A DNA stretch of 64,000 nucleotides from an uncultured Acidobacteriaceae bacterium (GTDB lineage Bacteria > Acidobacteriota > Terriglobia > Terriglobales > Acidobacteriaceae): positions 689 through 64,688 of the forward strand of contig CAWKKW010000007.1 in NCBI GenBank assembly GCA_963850345.1. The letters are read 5' to 3'. The position numbers were made by a program, and so were the translations under genes. Numbering within the stretch: position 1 is the stretch's first letter; every line of letters starts with the position of its first letter. Below the pieces are notes generated by a model, which was given only the letters and a program-made list of their open reading frames with translations, had not been told where the DNA came from and did no database searches. Of the stretch, positions 19,857 to 28,733 are shown piece by piece.

Positions 19857-20987
19857 TCAGCCGCCTGCTTCTATGATGATCTTCATGGACTGAGCGCTTG
19901 GATTTGACGCCACTCGAATCGCCTCGACCGCCTCTTCCAACGGAAACCGGTGAGAAACCAGCCGGGTCAGGTCGAATCCCTGCGTATAGCCTTCAAAAAC
20001 CAGCCTGGCCCCTTCATCCTGAATCTGTTCCGAGGCGCTGTAGGAGCCCAGCAGCGATTTTTCGTCCATGCAAACTGCCGCCGGATCAATGGTCGCTTCG
20101 CCATGCTGTGTCTGGGCAAAGAGCAGGATCCTTCCGCCCGGCCGCGCCGCATCCATCGCCGTTTTGATCAGCGAATTGCCGCCAACTGCCAGAATTACCG
20201 CATCCGCTCCTCGACCTTCACTCGCTTGTTTGGTCGTCGCGACCACGTCTTCCCGCGAAGCGTCGATCGGGTGCTCCAACCCAAACGTCGCTGCGATGGC
20301 GTGCCGTTCGGCATACAAATCCGAGGTCAGCACCTTGGCGCCGGACCGCAACGCCAGCGAAGCCAGCAGGATGCCAATCGGACCCTGCCCAATCACCAGC
20401 ACAGTTTCGTCCGCCGCCAGGTTCAGGTTCTGGACCGCCTTCAGGCACGTATTCACCGGCTCCACAAAGGCCGCCTGCTCCAGCGGCACGCCGTCGGGAA
20501 CCTTGACCAGCCCGCGGCGAACGATCCAGTCCATCACCCTTACGTATTCAGCGAAGCCGCCGCCCGCAGGCTCAAACCCCGCCGTCACGCCCACACGCTT
20601 GTACACCTCGCATTGCGCAAAGGTCTTCTTGCGGCAGTAGTAACAGGCGCCGCACGGGATATGGTGAAAGACCATCGCCCGGTCGCCGACCGCAAAGTCG
20701 GTAACCCCGTCCCCTATCGCCACGATCGTGCCTGCTGTCTCGTGTCCAAAGATCCTCGGCGCAGCATGCGAGCCGGTGTGGATCTTCTTCAGGTCCGTAC
20801 CGCAGATGCCGCAGGAGTGAACCCGCAGCAGCACTTCGCCCGGCCCGATCTGCGGCACTGGCACAGTCTCCACCCGCACATCGTTGACGCCGCGGTACAC
20901 CGCCGCCCGCATGGTAGCCGGAATGTCACGGCTGACCAGAGGATGCGGAAGGGTCAGACCTTCGGTACTCGTTGCCATCGCTGTCAT
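19857..20987 (-). CDS. Zn-dependent polyol/alcohol dehydrogenase (MDR, sorbitol/threonine-dehydrogenase-like), copy 1
   Basis: Motifs CGICGTD, GHETAG, VEPVNTC; structural cluster CGACYYCRKKTFAQC; Rossmann GQGPIG. ATG 20987 forms an ATGA overlap with the hpnG stop codon (plus strand tcat at 20984-20987). Confidence 0.9.
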   Translation of the reverse strand: MTAMATSTEGLTLPHPLVSRDIPATMRAAVYRGVNDVRVETVPVPQIGPGEVLLRVHSCGICGTDLKKIHTGSHAAPRIFGHETAGTIVAIGDGVTDFAVGDRAMVFHHIPCGACYYCRKKTFAQCEVYKRVGVTAGFEPAGGGFAEYVRVMDWIVRRGLVKVPDGVPLEQAAFVEPVNTCLKAVQNLNLAADETVLVIGQGPIGILLASLALRSGAKVLTSDLYAERHAIAATFGLEHPIDASREDVVATTKQASEGRGADAVILAVGGNSLIKTAMDAARPGGRILLFAQTQHGEATIDPAAVCMDEKSLLGSYSASEQIQDEGARLVFEGYTQGFDLTRLVSHRFPLEEAVEAIRVASNPSAQSMKIIIEAGG

Positions 20988-21673
20988 TGTGCCGTCTCTA
21001 CCCCCACGTCGTGGCTCACGACCACGCGCAATTCCCGGCAGAGATTTCGCGCCGCTCGCGAACTCACTCTCCCCATCAGCCATGCTCGTCTCCACAGATA
21101 CGGGCGCATCGCGAGATAGACCGCAAATGCTCCCTCACGAAATCCACCCGTCGCGGTTACGAATCTCTCCAGGCCCGGCAATTCGAAATCAAATTCATCT
21201 GAAATCGCTTTGACTGCGGAGAACGGGAGCCCCGCCTGCTCAGCCACCTCCGCGACCGCCGACGCCTCCATATCCACCAGGTCCGCCCCGTACGAACGTG
21301 CCAGCCGCTGCTTTTCCGCTCGATTGGCAAACTGGTTGGTTGTCACCAGCACTCCACCCTTCGAACCCGTATCGTATTTTTCGAAGCTCACTGCATCGAC
21401 CACCCGGCTCGGCCGGCGCACACTTCCACCAGTCAGCCCCGGATTGAGTGCCCCGCACCAACCCGCCGAGATCATCCGATGCAGCGGACCGTGCTTCAAG
21501 GCCTCTTGCGCAGCCAGGCGCGCCCGCACCGTGCCCATACCTGCGCACACCACAACAGCCTTGTCCGACCAGGCAATCAGCATCTCTGCGTTGTTCTCAT
21601 CCGCTCGCCAACCGTGCACCAGCGACGAAACTTCACGCGGCAATGCAGCAACAATTGCGATTCGAGAATTCAT
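20984..21673 (-). CDS. hpnG: Hopanoid-associated phosphorylase/nucleosidase (adenosylhopane nucleosidase)
   Basis: PNP/UDP-1 nucleosidase-like motifs (VVCAGMGTVRA, DMEASAVAEVA). Lies between hpnA and the dehydrogenases. ATGA overlap with the hpnA stop codon (21670-21673). Confidence 0.85.
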   Translation of the reverse strand: MNSRIAIVAALPREVSSLVHGWRADENNAEMLIAWSDKAVVVCAGMGTVRARLAAQEALKHGPLHRMISAGWCGALNPGLTGGSVRRPSRVVDAVSFEKYDTGSKGGVLVTTNQFANRAEKQRLARSYGADLVDMEASAVAEVAEQAGLPFSAVKAISDEFDFELPGLERFVTATGGFREGAFAVYLAMRPYLWRRAWLMGRVSSRAARNLCRELRVVVSHDVGVETAQ

Positions 21674-22695
21674 ACTGTCTGCGTCCCCGTCAGCGCTTCT
21701 GCTTCCATCGGAGCATAGCCATGCTCACGAAACCATTCAATGGCCGCGCGCAGCGCCTGGTACACCGGCACCTGGCGAAAGCCCAGTTCCTGTACCGCCT
21801 TGGCCGATGAAGCGAACATCTTCTTCTTGCCCATACGCACCGCTTCTACCGTCGCCCTCGGCTCTTTGCCGCGCAGCTTGCCCGTCAACGTCTCATCGAA
21901 CAACGCGAAGACCATGGCCACGCTATGCGGTACCTTCCTGCTCGGCGAAGGAAGCCCCGTGATCGCCGACATCTTATCGAGAATCTGCTTGAGCGTGAGA
22001 TTTTCTCCGCCCAGGATGTAACGCTCTCCCGGCCTTCCCAGGTGTAGCGCCTCGGCGTGGGCGCGCGCTACTTCATGCACATCGACCAGGTTCAAGCCCG
22101 TGTCGACGTATGCGGGGAATTTGCGATTGAGAAAGTCGACGATGACGCGGCCAGTCGGCGTCGGCTTCAGGTCGTTCGGTCCAACCGGGGTGGTCGGGTT
22201 TAGAACAATCACCTGCTGGCCTGCGCGAGCTGCGGCAATCGCCTCCTGCTCGGCAAGAAACTTGGATCGCTTGTAGTGACCTATCATATCGGCCAGCGAA
22301 ACGGGCGTGTCTTCATTCACGATGGTTCCGTCTTGCTTGAAGCCCATCGTCGCCACACTCGAGGTGTAGACCACGCGAGGCACACCCTCTTCCCGCGCGA
22401 TGCGCAACAGCTCCCGAGTGCCGATCACGTTCGCCGCATACATCGCTTCCGGATCGCGCACCCACAGCCGGTAATCCGCTGCAACATGCATCACGGCATC
22501 GCAGCCGGAGATGCCGGCACGCAACGACTCGGGAACCTGCAGATCCCCGATGACTGTATCGGCTTTCAACCCGGAGAGATTGTCGAGGCGGCTGGTCTTG
22601 CGCACGAGAACACGAAGGTCAGCGCCCCGGCCGGCCAGTTCCCGAGCCACATGGCTGCCTACGAATCCTGTTGCTCCTGTGAGGAAAACCTTCAT
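21670..22695 (-). CDS. hpnA: Hopanoid-associated NAD-dependent sugar epimerase/reductase (extended SDR)
   Basis: Rossmann motif in VFLTGATGFVGSHV and catalytic YxxxK (YKRSK). Start at the MKVFLTG ATG (22695). Confidence 0.85.
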   Translation of the reverse strand: MKVFLTGATGFVGSHVARELAGRGADLRVLVRKTSRLDNLSGLKADTVIGDLQVPESLRAGISGCDAVMHVAADYRLWVRDPEAMYAANVIGTRELLRIAREEGVPRVVYTSSVATMGFKQDGTIVNEDTPVSLADMIGHYKRSKFLAEQEAIAAARAGQQVIVLNPTTPVGPNDLKPTPTGRVIVDFLNRKFPAYVDTGLNLVDVHEVARAHAEALHLGRPGERYILGGENLTLKQILDKMSAITGLPSPSRKVPHSVAMVFALFDETLTGKLRGKEPRATVEAVRMGKKKMFASSAKAVQELGFRQVPVYQALRAAIEWFREHGYAPMEAEALTGTQTV

Positions 22696-22809
22696 CTGGA
22701 TTGCCGGCCTGCGCCCGCCGGCGCCGATCCACACCGCCCCTGTTCGCAAGTGTTGTAGCGAGTCGCTTGCGATCGAATCCTTGCCGCGACCAGCATACGC
22801 CGATTGCCG

Positions 22810-23238
22810 CTAATCCAGTTTGTCGGGATGCAATCCGATGTTCTTCTCGCCCGCGGCCTTCTTCTGCTCGTATTGCTGAACCCACGCTTCCCAATGCTTG
22901 CCCGCGGCCCGGTCCTTGCCACTGAACTCCAGCCGTGCAATGTCTGCGTAGGTCACAGAAGCCTTCTCAGAGGAGTTCGCCGGATAGAGCCGAATCACCG
23001 AGTCACTTAGTGACTTACCGGTTCGCCGGTCGAAGATATAGCCGTCCATACGGCGACCATCCTTCAACGTGAGCGTGATATCGCCGCGGTAGTCGAATGC
23101 CTTTTCGAGCGCTTCGAAGATCTCCTGCTGACTCGCCATCTCCGGAATCCAGCCTTCCAGGTTTTCATGCTTTGTACCGGGAGCAATCTCCAGCGAATCA
23201 GGATCGGGCGTCGAATACTTGAGGACCTCGGCCGTCAT
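22810..23238 (-). CDS. Hypothetical soluble 142-aa protein, translationally coupled to hpnH
   Basis: ATGA overlap with the hpnH stop codon (23235-23238). Coding-like codon usage. No Cys and no TM segment. No family recognised. Confidence 0.7.
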   Translation of the reverse strand: MTAEVLKYSTPDPDSLEIAPGTKHENLEGWIPEMASQQEIFEALEKAFDYRGDITLTLKDGRRMDGYIFDRRTGKSLSDSVIRLYPANSSEKASVTYADIARLEFSGKDRAAGKHWEAWVQQYEQKKAAGEKNIGLHPDKLD

Positions 23239-24356
23239 GCGTTAGTCTCCTCAAGCTGCTTGGAAGGAGACCCAATCTGCACCAGCGGAGTGTGGCCGTT
23301 CGCGATCGGCTGGTTGAGCAGATCCAGAGCGCCGCGGTCTTGATATTTGCTGAACAGAGACGCCTTGGCCATCGCAACAAACCCCCGCCACGAACCGAAC
23401 CCGTCGTTCACAGCAGAGGCTTCGTAGCCGCAGCTCACCATGCAGTTCGCGCACTTGGGATTGCCGCTCTCCGTGCCGTAGTTATCCCAGTCCGTTTGAT
23501 TGATGAGCTCCTTGAAGCTGTCCGCGTAGCCATCCTGCAACAGATAGCAAGGCTTCTGCCAGCCGAAGATGTTGTACGCCGGCATGCCCCAGGGCGTGCA
23601 CTGATAGTCGCGCTTGCCCATCAGAAATTCAAGGAACAGCGGCGACATGTTGAACTTCCACTCCGGCTTGCGATTGGAAAGAATCGCGCGGAACAGTCTG
23701 CGCGTACGGGCGCGCCCCAGAAAGCGATTCTGGTCCGGAGCCTTGTCGTAGGAATACCCAGGCGACAGCACGATGCCTTCGACGCCCATCGACATCACTT
23801 CATCGAAGAAGTTGCGGACGCTGTTGGGATCGGTTCCGTCGAAGAACGTCGCGTTCGTGGTCACGCGGAAGCCGCGCTTCACCGCCTCGCGAATGCCCTC
23901 GACCGCGATGTCATATCCGCCTTCGCGGCAGACTGAGAAGTCGTGGTGCTCCCGCTCGCCGTCGAGGTGAACGGAAAACGTCAGGTATTTCGAAGGAGTG
24001 AACTCCGGCAGACGCCGCTTCAATTCCAGCGCGTTGGTGCAGAGATAGATGTACTTCTTGCGAGCAACCAGGCCTTCGACAATCTCCACAATCTGCGGAT
24101 GCAGCAGCGGCTCGCCGCCAGGGATGCTCACCATCGGTGCGCCGCACTCTTCGACGGCCTTGAAGCACTCTTCCGGCGTCAACTGCTTCTTCAAAATATG
24201 GGGCGGATACTGCACCTTGCCGCACCCGGCGCACGCCAGGTTGCAACGAAAGAGTGGTTCGAGCATCAGCACCAGCGGATAGCGCTTGACACCACTCCAG
24301 CGCTTCCGGAGTACGTAGCTTGCTACGGTCCACATCTGTGAAATAGGAACTGCCAT
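23235..24356 (-). CDS. hpnH: Adenosylhopane synthase (radical SAM)
   Basis: Radical SAM motif CNLACAGC in LEPLFRCNLACAGCGK. Overall family resemblance and position downstream of shc. Confidence 0.93.
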   Translation of the reverse strand: MAVPISQMWTVASYVLRKRWSGVKRYPLVLMLEPLFRCNLACAGCGKVQYPPHILKKQLTPEECFKAVEECGAPMVSIPGGEPLLHPQIVEIVEGLVARKKYIYLCTNALELKRRLPEFTPSKYLTFSVHLDGEREHHDFSVCREGGYDIAVEGIREAVKRGFRVTTNATFFDGTDPNSVRNFFDEVMSMGVEGIVLSPGYSYDKAPDQNRFLGRARTRRLFRAILSNRKPEWKFNMSPLFLEFLMGKRDYQCTPWGMPAYNIFGWQKPCYLLQDGYADSFKELINQTDWDNYGTESGNPKCANCMVSCGYEASAVNDGFGSWRGFVAMAKASLFSKYQDRGALDLLNQPIANGHTPLVQIGSPSKQLEETNA

Positions 24357-24452
24357 CGTCGAGATCTCCTCCTCGGCTCGTTTGCGTTTGCACTGCGCTC
24401 TGGTAGTGAGGATTGCCTGACCCAGTCAAGAGACCGCGCCCGTTCGTCTCAC

Positions 24453-26507
24453 CTACACCTCCGCGCCGCGCTCCATCGCTCGCTTATAGGTCGTCAATGC
24501 CAGCAGCGGGAAGTAATTGCGGTACAGATGGTATGCGAGATAAAACACCCGCGGAAATCCTGTACCGGTATACATCGCCTGCCGGGTGACGCCTTCGCCC
24601 GTGCTCTCGTCCCACGAGCCGTCCTTCTTTTGCCGGTTCAACAACCAGCGAATGCCCTTGGCTACCGAATCGCTGCGGGTATCTCCGGCCGACAACAAGC
24701 CCAGCAATGCCCAGGCTGTTTGCGACGGTGTGCTCGCGCCCACTCCGCGGGTCGTCGGGTCGTCATAGCTTCCACAGCTTTCGCCCCATCCGCCGTCGGA
24801 GTTTTGCACCATGCGGATCCACTCCGCCGCCTGCTGAATCTGCGGCTCGTGATTCCACACGCCCATCGCTTCCAGGCCGCGCAATACCAGGAACGTGCCG
24901 TACAAGTAATTGACGCCCCAGCGGCCAAACCAGCTTCCGTCCGGCTCCTGCTCATCAAAGATGAACTGGATCGCCTTTTCGACTCGCTTATCCTTGCGTG
25001 TGTAACCGTAGGTGGCCAGCGTCTCCAGGATCCGTCCCGTGATATCGACCGTCGGCGGATCGAGCATCGCGTTATGGTCGGCAAACGGGATGTACTGGAA
25101 GATCATCTTGGTGTTGTCTTTATCGAAGCTGCCCCAACCGCCATTGCGGCATTGCATGGCGAAGATCCAGTCCAGCGCGCGCTTGGAGACGTCGTACTGG
25201 TACCGCTCGCGCGGGTTATCAACCTTGTTCAACGCCAGCAGCACCTGGCCCGTATCGTCGACGTCAGGATAGAACTCGTTGTTGAACTCAAAGTACCAGC
25301 CGCCCGGCTGCGTGTTGCGAACCTTGACCGCCCAGTCGCCCTTGTGCCGCACTTCCTTCGACAACATCCAGTCCACGGCCTTGAGCATGCGCGGATCGTT
25401 GCGCGGCACTCCCGCCTCGCCCAGCGCGAAGACTGCCTGCGCTGTATCCCATACCGGCGACATGCACGGCTGCATGCGAAACGTCGGCGTGGCGTAGTCC
25501 GCAGTGCCCCGCGGCTCATCGATGCCCAGCTTTTCAAACTCATCCATCGCCCGGATCATCTGCGGGTCGTCCATCGAATAGCCCAGGCAACGCAGCGCGA
25601 CTATGGCGTTGAGCATGGCGGGATAGATTGCCCCCAGCCCATCGCTCATCTCAAAGCGCTCCAGCATCCACTTCTCTGCCTTGTTCAGCGCCAGCTTGCG
25701 CAGCGGCCGTACGTGCACCCGCTCCGCCCAGTGCGCGAGGCGATCGGTGAAGATGAAGAAGTTGCGCCAGCTGACCAGCTTCTTCTTGTCCCAGCGCAGA
25801 TGCAGGTTGGCGTTCGCACGGCCGCCGACGAACAGCTCGTCGATGCCATGCTCCGGCGGAATCTTCTTGAACGGCTTCTTGGCATAGGCGATCGAGAGCG
25901 GCACCAGGATGGCGCGCGACCATGAGGAAATTTCGTAGATGTTGAAGTAGAACCACTTCGGAAACAACACGATCTCCGGCGGAATCGCCGGCACCGCGTC
26001 GTATTCGTATTGTCCCAGCGAACACAGATAGATCTTAGTGAAGGTGTTGCACTCGACCACGCCGCCGTTGGCGAGAATCCACTCCCGCGCTCGCGCCATC
26101 CATGGCTCATCCGCGGTCACGCCCATGAGCTTGCCCGCGAAATAACACTTCACCGACAGGCTGATGTTCGAGGGACCACCCGGATAGATCGACCATCCGC
26201 CATCCGCGTTCTGATACCGAAGAATCTCATTCAGCGCGCGCTCGAGCTTGCCCGTGTCTCCGGTGCCGAGCAGCGTGTGGGCGAAGATGTAATCCGCCTC
26301 CAGCATGCTGTCCGCTTCGAGTTCCCCACACCAGAATCCTTCTGGATGCTGCTGCGAGAGCACATATTCGCGCGACTTGGCGATGGAGGATTCGACTTCG
26401 TCGAGCCCGGCGTCAATGCGGCCGAACTTCGGAGCGACTGGTTGTGCACTTGCGAAAGATGGACTCATTTTGCCGACGACAAACTCACTCTCTGGCAGAG
26501 CCGGCAC
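24453..26507 (-). CDS. shc: Squalene-hopene cyclase
   Basis: Catalytic DVDDT (25251-25265). Multiple QW repeats (QNADGGW, QNSDGGWGE, RQKKDGSW). Collinear with the Alicyclobacillus SHC sequence as I recall it. Start is either GTG 26507 (TAGTG overlap with the ispH stop codon) or ATG 26468. Confidence 0.97.
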   Translation of the reverse strand: MPALPESEFVVGKMSPSFASAQPVAPKFGRIDAGLDEVESSIAKSREYVLSQQHPEGFWCGELEADSMLEADYIFAHTLLGTGDTGKLERALNEILRYQNADGGWSIYPGGPSNISLSVKCYFAGKLMGVTADEPWMARAREWILANGGVVECNTFTKIYLCSLGQYEYDAVPAIPPEIVLFPKWFYFNIYEISSWSRAILVPLSIAYAKKPFKKIPPEHGIDELFVGGRANANLHLRWDKKKLVSWRNFFIFTDRLAHWAERVHVRPLRKLALNKAEKWMLERFEMSDGLGAIYPAMLNAIVALRCLGYSMDDPQMIRAMDEFEKLGIDEPRGTADYATPTFRMQPCMSPVWDTAQAVFALGEAGVPRNDPRMLKAVDWMLSKEVRHKGDWAVKVRNTQPGGWYFEFNNEFYPDVDDTGQVLLALNKVDNPRERYQYDVSKRALDWIFAMQCRNGGWGSFDKDNTKMIFQYIPFADHNAMLDPPTVDITGRILETLATYGYTRKDKRVEKAIQFIFDEQEPDGSWFGRWGVNYLYGTFLVLRGLEAMGVWNHEPQIQQAAEWIRMVQNSDGGWGESCGSYDDPTTRGVGASTPSQTAWALLGLLSAGDTRSDSVAKGIRWLLNRQKKDGSWDESTGEGVTRQAMYTGTGFPRVFYLAYHLYRNYFPLLALTTYKRAMERGAEV

Positions 26508-27532
26508 TAAGCCGACGCCTGGCCGTTTGAAGGAGCAGCAGCAATCGCCTGCACGATCTCAGGGGGCAGGCCAAAGCGCACGTTTTCCGGCATCACTTCT
26601 ACTTCCTCCACATCGCCGAAGCCCTTCTGCTTCAAATACGCCACAACTTCTTCGACCAGCACCTCGGGAGCCGACGCGCCGGCGGTCACGGCAACAGTAC
26701 TTACGCCCTCAAACCAGGCCGGATCGATTGCTTCTGAATTGTCGATCAGGTAGCTGCGTGTGCTCAGATTCTTGGAGACCTCTACCAGCCGATTGGAATT
26801 GGAACTGTTGTTCGAGCCCACTACCAGCACCAGGTCCGCATCATGCGCCACGTTTTTCACCGCGACTTGGCGATTTTCAGTCGCGTAGCAGATGTCCTGC
26901 GAATGCGGCCCGACAATCTTGGGATACTTGATCTTCAATGCCTGAATGATGTCGCGTGCCTCGTCCAGACTCAGGGTCGTCTGCGTCAGATACGCGACGT
27001 GCTCGGGATCGGGCACTTCGAGTGACTGCACCTCGGCCACATTCGAAACGACCTGGGTTACCTCAGGAGCTTCCCCCAGCGTTCCTTCAATCTCGTCGTG
27101 ATCGCGATGGCCGATCAGCACCAGCGAATAGCCCTGCCGCGCAAACTTGACCGCCTCAACGTGCACCTTGGTGACCAGCGGGCAGGTGGCATCGATCACC
27201 TTTAGCTTGCGCTCTTTGCTGCGCTCGCGCACCGCGGGTGAGACACCGTGGGCGCTGTAGATCACCCGCATCCCCGAAGGTACGTCGTCGATGTCATCCA
27301 CAAAGATGGCGCCCTTATCCGCCAACTCGTTCACGACAAAACGGTTATGAACGATTTCTTTGCGCACGTAGATGGGCGCGCCAAAGGTCTCGAGCGCGAT
27401 CTTCACAATATCGATCGCCCGGACTACGCCGGCACAGAATCCACGGGGTTTGAGCAGAAGGATGCGCTTCTCTGCCACGAGAGAGCCGTCCGTTGGCCCT
27501 GCGAGGAATGCTTCGCTTGTGTTGACAGTCAC
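26507..27532 (-). CDS. ispH: 4-hydroxy-3-methylbut-2-enyl diphosphate reductase
   Basis: Motifs GFCAGVVRAI, ATCPLVTKVH and GSNNSSNSNRL (LytB Fe-S ligands and conserved SxN). Confidence 0.93.
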   Translation of the reverse strand: MTVNTSEAFLAGPTDGSLVAEKRILLLKPRGFCAGVVRAIDIVKIALETFGAPIYVRKEIVHNRFVVNELADKGAIFVDDIDDVPSGMRVIYSAHGVSPAVRERSKERKLKVIDATCPLVTKVHVEAVKFARQGYSLVLIGHRDHDEIEGTLGEAPEVTQVVSNVAEVQSLEVPDPEHVAYLTQTTLSLDEARDIIQALKIKYPKIVGPHSQDICYATENRQVAVKNVAHDADLVLVVGSNNSSNSNRLVEVSKNLSTRSYLIDNSEAIDPAWFEGVSTVAVTAGASAPEVLVEEVVAYLKQKGFGDVEEVEVMPENVRFGLPPEIVQAIAAAPSNGQASA

Positions 27533-27864
27533 AGGAGAAGTATACCTTGCCAGGGCCGCCGGACGATAGCCAGATGAACCTCAAAGTGTGTGCTTTCTTC
27601 AACAAACGGGCGATGCTGCAGATGACTAATTGGTTACTCCTTAGACAGGGACGCCACGAGAGCCGCTCACGAGACTTCCCCTTCTCTTCGGCGCCCAATG
27701 CTGTCCCTTTCTTGATTCCTGCGACAGCCGGCAGATTTGAAATTATGCTGTTCGCAGCATCCCGCGACTCCTACGCCCGGGACTGATCGTCGGTAGAACT
27801 GGAACACCACGGAGGTAGGGCCACGCGCATCGCAAGCCTCGGTCACGCTGCCTTCGCGGCAACC

Positions 27865-28611
27865 ATGATCAGCCTCGGGATTCTCGGGTTGTTGAATTAC
27901 CGGTACGCCGCCGTATGGCATCCGGTACCCACCACGGTGCCCGCACATCAGGTGCTGGGCTATCTCTGCGCCCTTCTCTCGCTGGCCTGTGGCATCGGCC
28001 TGCTCTGGAAGCGCACAGCCGCACCCACCGTCCGCGTGTTACTCGCCTATCTCTTCGTGTGGTCGCTGCTGGTGAGCCTCCCCGCCATCGTTAAAGCGCA
28101 CGCGGCGTTCGGTTCATGGTACAACCTCGCCGAGCCTGCGGTGATGGTGGCAGCAGCCTGGATTCTGTACACATGGTTTGCCTCTGACTGGGACCGGCAA
28201 CGATTCAGTTTCGCCACCGGGCCGAGGGGCGTACGTATTGCGCGGGTGCTCTTTGGCCTGGCTTTGATTTACTTCGGCATGGGCCATTTCGTCTTTCTCA
28301 AACAAACGGCATCCGGCGTACCTGCCTGGCTGCCATGGCATGTAGCCTGGGCGTATCTCACCGGGTGTGCCTTTATCGCAGCGGGTTTGGCGATTCTGAT
28401 TGCACGGTATGCACGATTGGCAGCTGCGCTCTCCGCGGTTCAGATTGGCCTGTTCGTACTGCTGGTGTGGGTGCCAACGGTAGCGCCGGCAGGTCCGAAG
28501 AGCGACTTCCTATGGACCGAGACCGTCATTTCTGCGGCATTGGCAACCGCCGCCTGGGTGGTGGCAGATTCCTACCGCGGCATACCGTGGCTCGCCCTCA
28601 AGAGGCGCTAG
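27865..28611 (+). CDS. Integral membrane protein (DoxX-like, tentative)
   Basis: About six hydrophobic helices. Diverges from ispH across a 330-bp spacer. Family assignment is weak. Confidence 0.5.
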   Translation: MISLGILGLLNYRYAAVWHPVPTTVPAHQVLGYLCALLSLACGIGLLWKRTAAPTVRVLLAYLFVWSLLVSLPAIVKAHAAFGSWYNLAEPAVMVAAAWILYTWFASDWDRQRFSFATGPRGVRIARVLFGLALIYFGMGHFVFLKQTASGVPAWLPWHVAWAYLTGCAFIAAGLAILIARYARLAAALSAVQIGLFVLLVWVPTVAPAGPKSDFLWTETVISAALATAAWVVADSYRGIPWLALKRR

Positions 28612-28733
28612 CAGCGCTTCCCACGGCGCCAGTGGTCACGGCCACACCACCCCCGTGCGATCGACAAGCAATCGAGTTACGCAACAGCCTCGAATGAGCC
28701 CTCTGACGGCCAGGTTCTCGCGACCGGAGCACT

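Noticed and set aside
18636-21119. Two long plus-strand ORFs (423 aa and 389 aa) opposite the tandem dehydrogenases and hpnG
   Set aside because: Both are Arg/His/Pro-rich, have no motifs, and lie antisense to three genes with strong family signatures and coupled start/stop junctions.
24528-25925. 465-aa plus-strand ORF opposite shc
   Set aside because: A shadow ORF. The minus-strand frame encodes a full squalene-hopene cyclase with DVDDT and QW motifs.
27745-27760. atgctg-ttcg-cagcat hairpin in the ispH / membrane-protein divergent spacer
   Set aside because: The stem is only 6 bp, with no T-tract and no repeat elsewhere in the window. That is insufficient to call a regulatory element.
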